A DNA stretch of 64,000 nucleotides from a virus (lineage: Duplodnaviria; Heunggongvirae; Uroviricota; Caudoviricetes), in the IMG/VR virus record IMGVR_UViG_2861079508_000001. One strand, 5' to 3'. Positions 48,693 to 57,295 of this stretch are shown piece after piece (position 1 is the first letter of the stretch; each line of letters begins with the position of its first letter). Position numbers and translations under genes: made by a program. The notes under the pieces are model-generated. The model was not told the DNA's origin. It saw only the letters and a program-made list of their open reading frames with translations, and ran no database searches.

Positions 48693-48713
48693 AAGCGCCC
48701 ACTATGGGCGCTT
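48693..48713 (+). terminator. hairpin terminator (GCGCCCACTATGGGCGC) after gene 48031..48681
   Basis: Same hairpin reused at 49192-49217; short T-run. Confidence 0.45.
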
Positions 48714-48731
48714 TAAAGGAGCTTTAAAAAA

Positions 48732-48935
48732 ATGGTCAGCTATGACAAGATCCGCGCAAAGTATCGCGCAAAGTATCGCGCTTATAAACTGGAATTAATC
48801 GATGATTTGATCGCGCAACGCGACCAATTAAATTTTACGTTTTCTGATTTGCTTAACAGCAAGCGAGATTGCAAGCGCAAACGTGAATACTTACGTTTAA
48901 GCGCATTAATCGGAAAACTTCAAAATTCTATTTAA
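48732..48935 (+). CDS. hypothetical small basic protein
   Basis: 67 aa; contains direct DNA repeat CGCGCAAAGTAT x2 near its 5' end. Confidence 0.35.
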   Translation: MVSYDKIRAKYRAKYRAYKLELIDDLIAQRDQLNFTFSDLLNSKRDCKRKREYLRLSALIGKLQNSI

Positions 48936-48956
48936 TTTTTTTTAAGGAGCTTAATC

Positions 48957-49187
48957 ATGTTTGTTCTTATCGCTGGCGTTAACGTCCATAATGAATATTA
49001 TGTTAATCGCATCGCTGGGATCGCTGGTTACGCTGGGCGCGCAGTCGAGCTTATAGATGAAACGACGCGCAAAATTGACTTATTGAGCGACCAGGAGCGA
49101 AAAAAAGCAGACGTGAACGACGCTGATATATTTTTAATGTTAAAAGCGTTTGTAGAAATGGGATTTAAAATCAGTTTACACAAATAA
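48957..49187 (+). CDS. hypothetical small protein
   Basis: 76 aa; RBS AAGGAG upstream; strong terminator downstream. Confidence 0.4.
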   Translation: MFVLIAGVNVHNEYYVNRIAGIAGYAGRAVELIDETTRKIDLLSDQERKKADVNDADIFLMLKAFVEMGFKISLHK

Positions 49188-49191
49188 AATC

Positions 49192-49217
49192 GAGCGCCCA
49201 CTATGGGCGCTTTTTTT
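49192..49217 (+). terminator. rho-independent terminator after gene 48957..49187
   Basis: GCGCCCACTATGGGCGC followed by TTTTTTT. Confidence 0.65.
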
Positions 49218-49238
49218 CGTTTCCAATACACCTACCAT

Positions 49239-49266
49239 AACGCGCCATCATTGGCGCGTTTTTATT
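49239..49266 (+). terminator. second tandem terminator
   Basis: ACGCGCCA-TCAT-TGGCGCGT followed by TTTTTATT. Confidence 0.55.
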
Positions 49267-49659
49267 GTCTTTAACTCACTCCAACAACATAAAAATAAGC
49301 GCCAAAATAACGCCATAGACGCGCTTTTATATCCTTACCAGTACATGCCCATTACTTAACACATTAACGCGCTTAAAACGCATTATATTGCGCTATAGAG
49401 TATGGTTAATCATTGGCTTTTAGTCTTGCTATGTGATCCGCGTTTATTTGTCGGTGCGGATCGGCATTTTGTTTTGTTCTGTATCCGCTCGCGTATTATG
49501 TGCGCGTAATTTTTCACATAATCACACCACTTAATCACGTATGTGATTATGCTACGAAAGAAATCTGGATGTCTCAGGCGACGAAAGTCATCATAATTTC
49601 CCCCGCTCACCTGTCCGACAACCGCTGGTTGGATTCCACCAGCTTCCCGATGTTTTTTC

Positions 49660-49800
49660 TACACAAAGGCGAATGCAGCCGTTTCCCGAAAAAATCCTGG
49701 CCGTTCCCCGTCGGCTCATGAATACGTTCCTCGCCGTTTCTGAAAATTTCCCTGCGGCAGCTGGTGGCTATAGAGAAAGGGCCGTTTCTGGCCCTCTTCT
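49660..49800 (+). repeat. iteron-like direct repeat array A (unit ~CCGTTTCCCGAAAA)
   Basis: At least 4 degenerate copies (AGCCGTTTCCCGAAAAAA, GCCGTTCCCCG, CGCCGTTTCTGAAAATTTCCC, GCCGTTTCTGG) in a region without convincing ORFs. Confidence 0.5.
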
Positions 49801-49803
49801 CAG

Positions 49804-50286
49804 TTACACGCCATCAAGGATGTGGATGCGGTTGCTTGCGTATACATTCAGCATAAAGTTAGCGCAAAACAGTTTCCATGTATCAACGCCAGCGGTATAC
49901 GTAATGTTTTTGCATTTAATTGCATTGTTGGCGATCCGCATCCCCTGCGATACTGCTTCATCGTCGGAAAATTTGAACGACGATTGAGTTTTAATCCAGA
50001 CAGAAATCTGCGTAGCGAACTCAATCAGCTTGGACTGGCAGAATCGCCCGGAGCGCACCGGAAGGACGAACGTTCCGAATCCAGAATTTACCACATATGC
50101 TTTCTCAAATACCCGCGAGTAACGACGATTGCCAATGATGTCGCGTGCAATAATGCATTTTTCTTGTGCTGACAGTTCTACCGTCTCATTGTCGCGCCAT
50201 GCACCAAGTACTCGTTTTTCAATGTCAGAGAACGTTACAGCGATATTGCCATGTGCGGGTGCGTTTACAGTAGCGATAAAATTCAT
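49804..50286 (-). CDS. hypothetical protein
   Basis: 160 aa; own promoter with motif-1 operator between GATAAT and RBS. Confidence 0.45.
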   Translation of the reverse strand: MNFIATVNAPAHGNIAVTFSDIEKRVLGAWRDNETVELSAQEKCIIARDIIGNRRYSRVFEKAYVVNSGFGTFVLPVRSGRFCQSKLIEFATQISVWIKTQSSFKFSDDEAVSQGMRIANNAIKCKNITYTAGVDTWKLFCANFMLNVYASNRIHILDGV

Positions 50287-50307
50287 GATTAATTCCTTAT
50301 CGTAAAT

Positions 50308-50322
50308 AACAAATTGTTTTCT
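50308..50322. promoter_or_regulatory. motif 1 operator-like palindrome
   Basis: Minus-sense layout GATAAT - 8 nt - AGAAAACAATTTGTT - RBS - ATG of gene 49804..50286. Confidence 0.55.
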
Positions 50323-50636
50323 TGTTGGTGTTAATTATCGTTGTACGAATAAGGCGTCAAAGTGGAAAGTTGCGGTAGCCGGACGGGAACAGGTGGGTTT
50401 GTCGGTTGCCTGGAGGTAAGAGGTTGGTGTTATTAGCCTGAGGGAAACAGGATGGTCATTTAAGACCACCAATGCTGGTGGCCTTAATAATTATCGCCCG
50501 ATTACGCTAAGGATCTTTTCCTCAACTGATTTGTTGTTGCGACTAAACTGCCTTGCGTATCTGATGACAGAAGAGGCGTTTTGCTTTCTGACCATCTCGG
50601 CTCTTTCCTTCAGGCGTTTCTTGAAATCGCCCATAT

Positions 50637-51011
50637 TTACCACCAGGCGCAGAAGGTCAGTCTGTTATTGTGAAAGTCGTGGTTCTTAATCAGATCTTCC
50701 ACAAGCTCTTTCAACTGCCCCACATCATGCCAGTAACCTTCGTCGTACTCCTGACTGCCGAAGAAAAAACCTTCCCGAGTAGGCAAGTACTCTTCGCAAT
50801 TGCTTTCGTTTATGTGCATCAAATGAGCTTTCAGAAGACAAATGTCATTCATCGTTAATTCTAAAAGCTCACAATTTTCGACTTCACCTACGTTGCGCTC
50901 CATCCACCCAACGAGCGCATTGAACTTACGGAAGTAAGCAACCTGCTTTCTGGATGCCTCGTTATTCAGATCGTTTTTAGGCTGTGTCTCGATATAGATA
51001 TCAAGTCCCAT
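50637..51011 (-). CDS. hypothetical acidic protein
   Basis: Start set at ATG preceded by GGAA; highly acidic; motif-1 variant upstream. Confidence 0.45.
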   Translation of the reverse strand: MGLDIYIETQPKNDLNNEASRKQVAYFRKFNALVGWMERNVGEVENCELLELTMNDICLLKAHLMHINESNCEEYLPTREGFFFGSQEYDEGYWHDVGQLKELVEDLIKNHDFHNNRLTFCAWW

Positions 51012-51067
51012 GATGGTTTCCTTATTAACTTGCTTCAGTAAAATCATTTTCACAAATCAGATAAGGC

Positions 51068-51083
51068 AGAAAACAAATTGTTA
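51068..51083. promoter_or_regulatory. motif 1 variant (AGAAAACAAATTGTTA)
   Basis: Upstream of gene 50637..51011. Confidence 0.45.
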
Positions 51084-51095
51084 TCTGGCTTAATA

Positions 51096-51120
51096 AAATG
51101 GCGCGGTTTACGCGCCATTT
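51096..51120 (-). terminator. rho-independent terminator after amber-interrupted gene
   Basis: Minus-sense AAATGGCGCG-TAAA-CCGCGCCATTT followed by TATT. Confidence 0.6.
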
Positions 51121-51128
51121 AAAGAGGA

Positions 51129-51524
51129 TTAAGCGAATACGCTTTCAGGGATTAAGGTGTCGGCAGGAATGCCAGAGGTAATGCGCAGGCCGTACTGACC
51201 AATCCAGGTAGTGTTGGTATTCAGGCTGGAGGCGAATACGGTGTTAACCATATTCATCATGGTTTCAAACACCTCTTCATCAACCTAGCGGAAGTAGTTC
51301 TCGATTTTCAGCAGCAGCGGGTCAGTTGCATCGAGAATGGACTGGTATTGAGTCGCGTACTCGCCGCCGGAGGCATCACCTTTACGCACGATCGTACTGG
51401 CCTGGACTTCGGCACCAGTTTCGGTGTTGTACGTAACAACGGTAATTTTTGCCACATTCTTACCTTCGGCGGTTTCAGAGGCATAGTAAACATCAACTGT
51501 CAGTTTTTCGCGTTTAACGGTCAT
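51129..51524 (-). pseudogene. hypothetical gene interrupted by in-frame amber (TAG) codon at 51285-51287
   Basis: 79-codon ORF ends at TAG but the same frame continues for 52 protein-like codons to TAA at 51129-51131, which is immediately followed by a hairpin+T-run terminator. Confidence 0.5.
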
Positions 51525-51562
51525 TTCACTCTCCGTAGTGTATTGGTTATTTTTATATTCTA

Positions 51563-51587
51563 TAATCGTAAGTATTTACTTACAATA
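51563..51587 (-). promoter_or_regulatory. motif 2 element
   Basis: AATCGTAAGTATTTACTTACAATAC upstream of amber-interrupted gene. Confidence 0.4.
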
Positions 51588-51649
51588 CAAAAAGCCCCGT
51601 AAGGATGGCGGGGCTGTCGTACTGTCGACTAATTGCCACTTGCACATTA

Positions 51650-51961
51650 TCAGGCTATTGCCATCACTGATGCTCTCTGAATTTCTTGCTGGGCCACGCG
51701 GTTAACTTCCATCAAGGCCAGTTCGAGCTGATGTTCCGGCCACATTCTTTGAAACGCCATCCAGCCTTTTCCACGCTGGCGACGAACATTCATTACATAA
51801 CGAGTAAAGGTGTTTTTATCGAAAGACACCGCTGTTTCACGGAACAGACGAATAGAGGTTCCATTGGCAACGATGTCCAGCAAAGTTAATTGAGCAACCA
51901 GCGCAGGCTTCTCTTTTCTCTTCTGGTCTTTGTCCAGACCAAGAACCAATGATTTTTTCAT
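51650..51961 (-). CDS. hypothetical basic protein
   Basis: Start set at internal ATG (MKKSLVLGLD...) because the motif-1 operator overlaps the longer ORF. Confidence 0.45.
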   Translation of the reverse strand: MKKSLVLGLDKDQKRKEKPALVAQLTLLDIVANGTSIRLFRETAVSFDKNTFTRYVMNVRRQRGKGWMAFQRMWPEHQLELALMEVNRVAQQEIQRASVMAIA

Positions 51962-51972
51962 CACAACTCCGT

Positions 51973-51988
51973 AAACAACTTGTTTTCT
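51973..51988. promoter_or_regulatory. motif 1 operator-like palindrome
   Basis: Between TATTATTTA (-10-like) and ATG of gene 51650..51961. Confidence 0.55.
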
Positions 51989-52115
51989 CAATGGCGTAAA
52001 TAATACCAATAAGAAAACGGCTACAAAGCATAATGATCAGGTGCATGAGCGATATGCAGGTTCTTCCCTGCGGCTACAGATTAAGTTAAGCCAGCAATGC
52101 TGGCTTTGGTTGGGA

Positions 52116-52445
52116 TTACGCGAATACCTCAAGAAACTCCTGAACGTCCCAATGCTGGACGAGGTGAAGATAGACCTTAGAAATCACGTCATTTTCGCTA
52201 TCGCATGTGAAGTAGTACTTCTGGCTGCGGTTGTATGTGTCCACACAAAATTCGCTCATATCCATAAAGTCAGCATCATCACCCAGGTCGCTAATCATCA
52301 AAGCAGGTGCATCATCACGAGTCATCAGCTCCAGCACCCATCTTGAATTAATCAGAGTGGAAGACCAACCTTCCAGCTCATAAAACTGGTCAAACTCTTT
52401 TTGAGTCAATTTCTTAATTTGGTTGATGTCGATATTTGCAAACAT
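52116..52445 (-). CDS. hypothetical small acidic protein (candidate DNA-mimic/anti-restriction-like)
   Basis: Start at ATG preceded by AAGGA; ~110 aa with many Asp/Glu; GATAAT + motif-1 operator upstream. Confidence 0.45.
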   Translation of the reverse strand: MFANIDINQIKKLTQKEFDQFYELEGWSSTLINSRWVLELMTRDDAPALMISDLGDDADFMDMSEFCVDTYNRSQKYYFTCDSENDVISKVYLHLVQHWDVQEFLEVFA

Positions 52446-52458
52446 AAAGCAATCCTTA

Positions 52459-52474
52459 AACAAGATGTTTTCTT
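52459..52474. promoter_or_regulatory. motif 1 variant (AGAAAACATCTTGTTT)
   Basis: Between GATAAT and RBS AAGGA of gene 52116..52445. Confidence 0.5.
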
Positions 52475-52789
52475 AATGGTGTTATTATCGCAATAACGCA
52501 CAGGCGAAAAAGGATTTTATTCCGGTGAATGTGGTTTTGGCAGTGAGTTTTCAGGTTCAGTACAGAGTACACTTTTTACATTATTCTGATTTAGTGGCCG
52601 AAGATGGCTGGTGGGCAGAATAATCATCTCCCCGAAAACCTACTGAAATCGATTGTGACCCGTTGGCTGTCTGGCACAATTACGCTGTAACTGGGCATTC
52701 AGAGGGAATCCAGCGGTAAGTAGGTTCGCCTTCACGTGAGCGCCTCTCTTCTTCCCGCACATTACAGGTGGGTAGCCGCAACTCTCCCT

Positions 52790-52950
52790 CTCGCTATGCC
52801 GGTACGCCGCCGTTCCTGAACCGGCATCGAGCCTTTTCCCGAAATCCACACAGGCAACTCGACCGTTTCCCTGAAAACCTCCAGCCGTTCCCCGAAGGCA
52901 ACCCAGCCGTTTCTGTAGCGGGATGCAACCTTTTCCCTGTATGGACCGAA
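52790..52950 (+). repeat. iteron-like direct repeat array B (same unit family)
   Basis: ~6 tandem ~22-bp units (CCGTTCCTGAACC, CCTTTTCCCGAAATCC, CCGTTTCCCTGAAAACC, CCGTTCCCCGAAGGC, CCGTTTCTGTAGC, CCTTTTCCCTGTATGG). Confidence 0.5.
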
Positions 52951-53049
52951 GGCTGACCGTAGGGGTGTTACGGGGGATAAAATCAGGAGTTGAATAAATA
53001 CGAAAAAGGAGGCGACACCCCTCCTTCCCTCCCCACTTATACATACCTG

Positions 53050-53900
53050 GCTTCTTCGCTATACATGTTGTGTTTTATCTGTCTCAACCTCTCTATAGGC
53101 GTTAATGCTCACTCCTTCCAGAATGTTCTATACGGCAACTATTTCTGTTGGTGAATTGGGTGTGTTGTTCTCTCTGTCGGTGTATGTGGTTTCGTTCGTT
53201 TTGCGGTGGTTCTTCTATGGGGTGTTCTCGTCGTTTTGGTGATTGTTCTTCTCCGTGTATGGAGTAATGGCAGGTGGGCGATTCCTTTCGTTGTTGTGTT
53301 TGAGTTGTTTGTCTGGAGTGTGTGAAAGGCTTTTGCAGTTATTCGTGTATTGGGTAATGGCATTTCCCGTGATTGTTGTGTTTCGTGTCTTTTGGGATTG
53401 AGAGAAACCTTGCGGTTACAGGCTTCGTTGGGGTTTCAGTGATTCTGGTGTTCTTCGCTGTTTGGGGAATGGCGTGTCGTGGGTATCGCGCGTATGAATG
53501 TTTTCGGATTGCCTGTGAAAGTTAGGTTGGTTGTCCGGTAGCCTGGGGAGAAGAGGTGGGTCTTTTCGGTAGCCTGCCATAAAGAGGTTGGTTGTTTTTG
53601 GAAATGGCATTTGTGTTATTTAGTTGTTTTGTTATGCCTGAAAATAAGTTGTTTATATGGTTGTGTAACGCAACGGGAGCGATTTTGAGCGTGTGTTTTT
53701 GTTGGTAGTGTGTTGGGTCGTCTGTGGTGAAAATTGGACGCTGTGGCGCTGTCTGCTGCGTAGAGTTACGGGTATAAGCAGTGATGTGTGAAAACGTCAA
53801 TTTTTTAGACCAAATCGGGTGAAAGCGTTGATGTTTCGTTGATCTGTTATTCAGTTGTTTTCTTGATTGTATAAACAACTATAACTTATTGATATTTAAG
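53050..53900 (+). repeat. GT-skewed non-coding region with periodic GGnTAATGGCA-type repeats
   Basis: Plus strand almost exclusively G/T-rich; recurring TGGAGTAATGGCAGG, TTGGGTAATGGCATTT, GGGGAATGGCGTG, TGGAAATGGCATTTG at ~85-130-bp spacing; also CGGTAGCCTGGGGAGAAGAGGTGGGT duplicated and related to 50400-50430. Confidence 0.5.
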
Positions 53901-54009
53901 GATGTGATTGCGGGTATGGAAGAAGAGTAGTGGCGATCAACGGATTCTTATAGAAAAGAATCAAATTGTGACCGCCATTATCAACTGATTGATTTGTTTA
54001 CTTGTGTAG

Positions 54010-54408
54010 TCAGTTCTCGAAATGAATAGGGTCAACGTAATGCCGCTCACCGCTTTTACCATTACACAGCACTGTAACTTTCGCCTTTTCACTCCAGGCT
54101 GAGTATAGAAAGTTCCCATCAGGTTGAACATGGTAACGAGAGAAGTAAACATCGCCGACTGAGGCGTCGAACATGTTCCTATCTTTTTCACTTTGGGCAA
54201 GCGAGATGGATATCACCGAATTCCCATTTGGGGAAACGATTTTAAATTTATTCCCTATATCCATAACAATATTGTAACCAGGTAATTGCTTGTGTGTTTC
54301 CGGATCTATTTTCATGCATCGTGGGTACACGATAGTGTTAGGCTCTTCAACTGGCGTGGCATTAGCAGAAAGCACAAAAAATATTAGTGCCAATGGTGCA
54401 TATTTCAT
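54010..54408 (-). CDS. secreted protein of unknown function
   Basis: Signal peptide MKYAPLALIFFVLSANA; 132 aa. Confidence 0.5.
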   Translation of the reverse strand: MKYAPLALIFFVLSANATPVEEPNTIVYPRCMKIDPETHKQLPGYNIVMDIGNKFKIVSPNGNSVISISLAQSEKDRNMFDASVGDVYFSRYHVQPDGNFLYSAWSEKAKVTVLCNGKSGERHYVDPIHFEN

Positions 54409-54702
54409 TTATCCCTCACAATTTCCAATTTTCCAGACCATCGTCTATTTCAGCGTCAGGGTGGAATTGTACCGCATCAAATCCTACATCGAGCACCTTT
54501 CGAATGTTCTTGATGGTTTGCTATGTGACACCGTAATCACGCAGCTTTTCTTCCCTCCCCTGACTCCCCCATACTCCGTTTCTGTACCCAATTGAGTCCG
54601 AGATTGTATGGTGCTCGAAACAGATATTTGGTAGACACTCAGAGTCATGCTGTGTAACGAGGGTAGGGCTACTAACTGTCGTCTTATACAATTTGGTGAG
54701 TT

Positions 54703-54951
54703 TCAGCATTTTACCACCCCGTTCGGAAACAACTCATTCGCCGTAGTTGATATAACCTCCCAATTAACGCCGACATCAGCGTTATGGCATTGTCTGATTT
54801 TTTGCATCACCTGTACGCATTGTTCATCAGTGAGATCTGTCCTTACTTCAGCAATATCTTCTTTGTGCCACATAACCATGAGTAAGGGTTCGTCTTCTGG
54901 ATAGTTTTTCAGTTTCTCGATGATTTCTTTTGCTGTTCCAAACATCTTCAT
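54703..54951 (-). CDS. hypothetical small protein
   Basis: 82 aa; RBS GGAG; two motif-1 copies bracketing a GATAAT upstream, abutting the metG terminator. Confidence 0.5.
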   Translation of the reverse strand: MKMFGTAKEIIEKLKNYPEDEPLLMVMWHKEDIAEVRTDLTDEQCVQVMQKIRQCHNADVGVNWEVISTTANELFPNGVVKC

Positions 54952-54956
54952 CTCCT

Positions 54957-55021
54957 AAACAATTTGTTTTCTTATATGACTTATTATCTCAATCAACAAA
55001 AGGTAGAAAACAAATTGTTTT
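54957..55021. promoter_or_regulatory. promoter region with two motif 1 copies bracketing GATAAT
   Basis: AAACAATTTGTTTTCT (54957-54972) and AGAAAACAAATTGTTTT (55005-55021) upstream of gene 54703..54951; ~35 bp from metG terminator. Confidence 0.55.
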
Positions 55022-55058
55022 AGAGTTTGTTAAAGTCAGAAGGGGTTGTGTCTATATG

Positions 55059-55085
55059 AAAATGCCCGGCGTGTTGCCGGGCATT
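55059..55085 (-). terminator. metG rho-independent terminator
   Basis: Minus-sense AATGCCCGGC-AACAC-GCCGGGCATTTT directly after metG stop. Confidence 0.7.
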
Positions 55086-55104
55086 GCGAAGAGAGGTTGT
55101 TTAA

Positions 55105-57138
55105 TTACTTAACCTGGTGGCCAGGTTTAGCACCAGCATCCGGGCTTAACAGGAAGATATCTTTCCCGCCGGGGCCAGCAGCCATCACCATGCCTTCAGA
55201 GATACCGAAGCGCATTTTACGTGGTGCCAGGTTAGCCACCATAATGGTGTGACGACCAATCAGTGCCTGTGGATCTGGATAAGCGGAACGGATGCCTGAG
55301 AAGACATTACGCTTTTCACCACCGAGATCCAGCGTCAGGCGAAGCAGTTTGTCAGAACCTTCTACAAACTCTGCGTTTTCAATCAGCGCCACGCGCAGGT
55401 CAACTTTGGCGAAGTCGTCAAAGGTGATAGTTTCCTGAATCGGGTCGTCAGCCAGTGGGCCAGTTACCGGTGCGGCTGTGGCTTTCACTTCTTCTTTGGA
55501 TGCTTCCACCAGTGCTTCAACCTGCTTCATATCGATGCGGTTATACAGTGCCTTGAACGGATTCACTTTATGGCCCAGCAGCGGTTGCTGGATACCATCC
55601 CAGGTCAGTTCTGTATTCAGGAATGCTTCTGCACGTTCAGTCAGTTTCGGCAGTACCGGTTTCAGGTACGTCATCAGCACGCGGAACAGGTTAATGCCCA
55701 TAGAGCAAATCGCCTGCAGATCGGCATCGCGTCCTTCCTGCTTTGCCACCACCCACGGAGCCTGTTCATCAACATAGCGGTTAGCCAGGTCAGCCAGTGC
55801 CATGATTTCACGGATAGCTTTGCCAAATTCGCGGCTTTCCCATGCTTCGCCAATCACTTCAGCGGCATCAGTAAAGGTTTTGTACAGTTGCGGGTCAGCC
55901 AGTTCGCTTGCCAGCACGCCGTCAAAACGCTTGTTGATAAAGCCTGCATTACGGGAGGCCAGGTTAACCACTTTGTTAACGATATCGGCATTCACACGCT
56001 GAACGAAATCTTCCAGGTTGAGATCGATATCATCAATGCGCGAAGAGAGTTTCGCAGTGTAGTAGTAACGCAGGCTGTCGGCGTCAAAATGATTCAGCCA
56101 GGTGCTGGCTTTAATAAAGGTGCCGCGAGACTTGGACATCTTCGCGCCGTTCACCGTCACATAGCCGTGAACAAACAGGTTGGTCGGCTTGCGGAAGTTG
56201 CTGCCTTCCAGCATGGCAGGCCAGAACAGGCTGTGGAAGTAAACGATATCTTTGCCGATGAAGTGGTACAGCTCGGCGGTGGAGTCTTTCTTCCAGTATT
56301 CGTCGAAGCTGGTAGTGTCGCCGCGTTTGTCGCACAGATTCTTGAAGGAACCCATGTAGCCAATCGGCGCGTCCAGCCAGACGTAGAAGTATTTGCCCGG
56401 TGCGTTCGGAATTTCAAAACCGAAGTAAGGTGCGTCACGGGAGATATCCCACTGTTGCAGGCCAGATTCAAACCACTCCTGCATTTTGTTTGCCACCTGC
56501 TCCTGCAACGCACCGCTGCGGGTCCATGCCTGCAACATTTCGCTGAAAGAAGGCAGATCAAAGAAGAAGTGTTCGGAATCACGCATTACCGGTGTAGCGC
56601 CAGAAACCACTGATTTCGGCTCGATCAGTTCCGTCGGGCTGTATGTCGCGCCGCAGACTTCACAGTTATCGCCGTATTGATCCGGCGCTTTACATTTCGG
56701 GCATGTGCCTTTTACAAAACGGTCCGGCAGGAACATGCCTTTTTCCGGGTCGTACAGCTGAGAGATGGTGCGGTTTTTAATAAAACCGTTCTCTTTCAGG
56801 CGAGTATAGATAAGCTCGGACAACTGACGGTTCTCTTCGCTGTGCGTCGAGTGATAGTTGTCATAGCTGATGTTAAAGCCTGCGAAATCAGTCTGATGTT
56901 CCTGACTCATTTCGCCAATCATCTGTTCCGGTGTGATACCAAGCTGCTGTGCTTTCAGCATGATTGGCGTACCGTGGGCATCGTCGGCACAGATGAAATT
57001 AACCTCGTGGCCGCGCATTCGCTGGTAACGAACCCAGACATCAGCCTGGATGTGCTCCAGCATATGGCCGAGGTGGATTGAGCCGTTAGCGTACGGCAGC
57101 GCGCACGTCACCAGAATTTTCTTCGCGACTTGGGTCAT
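55105..57138 (-). CDS. metG: methionine--tRNA ligase
   Basis: 677-aa product from the ATG at 57136-57138 (track ORF is 43 codons longer from an upstream alternative start); HLGH and KMSKS class-I motifs; sequence I recognise as Escherichia-type MetG. Confidence 0.95.
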   Translation of the reverse strand: MTQVAKKILVTCALPYANGSIHLGHMLEHIQADVWVRYQRMRGHEVNFICADDAHGTPIMLKAQQLGITPEQMIGEMSQEHQTDFAGFNISYDNYHSTHSEENRQLSELIYTRLKENGFIKNRTISQLYDPEKGMFLPDRFVKGTCPKCKAPDQYGDNCEVCGATYSPTELIEPKSVVSGATPVMRDSEHFFFDLPSFSEMLQAWTRSGALQEQVANKMQEWFESGLQQWDISRDAPYFGFEIPNAPGKYFYVWLDAPIGYMGSFKNLCDKRGDTTSFDEYWKKDSTAELYHFIGKDIVYFHSLFWPAMLEGSNFRKPTNLFVHGYVTVNGAKMSKSRGTFIKASTWLNHFDADSLRYYYTAKLSSRIDDIDLNLEDFVQRVNADIVNKVVNLASRNAGFINKRFDGVLASELADPQLYKTFTDAAEVIGEAWESREFGKAIREIMALADLANRYVDEQAPWVVAKQEGRDADLQAICSMGINLFRVLMTYLKPVLPKLTERAEAFLNTELTWDGIQQPLLGHKVNPFKALYNRIDMKQVEALVEASKEEVKATAAPVTGPLADDPIQETITFDDFAKVDLRVALIENAEFVEGSDKLLRLTLDLGGEKRNVFSGIRSAYPDPQALIGRHTIMVANLAPRKMRFGISEGMVMAAGPGGKDIFLLSPDAGAKPGHQVK

Positions 57139-57295
57139 AGTAGGCATTACTTCTTTGTAGTGAAAAGGGGCTTGATAGTAACAAAATGGCCTTATGTCTG
57201 CCATGTGATAACAGCATTTCTCATAAATGATTAAATGTCGTAGCTGGAGTACACTACAAGGCGACAATTGCGCAAATTAAAATAAAGGAGACGGG

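Noticed and set aside
49660-52950. Possibility that the short direct-repeat arrays are CRISPR arrays
   Set aside because: Units are short, degenerate and essentially contiguous without unique spacers of regular length; no cas genes nearby.
52640-53044. ORFs overlapping iteron array B (134 aa minus, 62 aa plus)
   Set aside because: They span a tandem-repeat array; repeat-driven open frames without translation signals.
53139-53878. Minus-strand ORFs of 74-118 aa in the GT-skewed region
   Set aside because: Translations are Pro/Thr/His/Gln-rich low-complexity strings produced by the compositional skew; no RBS or start context.
55570-56613. 347-aa plus-strand ORF antisense to metG, and other ORFs overlapping metG/apbC
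   Set aside because: Fully contained in highly conserved housekeeping genes on the opposite strand; typical antisense artefacts.
57139-57267. 43-codon N-terminal extension of the metG ORF in the six-frame track
   Set aside because: The extension starts at an alternative codon and is not protein-like; the conserved MetG N-terminus begins at the ATG at 57136-57138.
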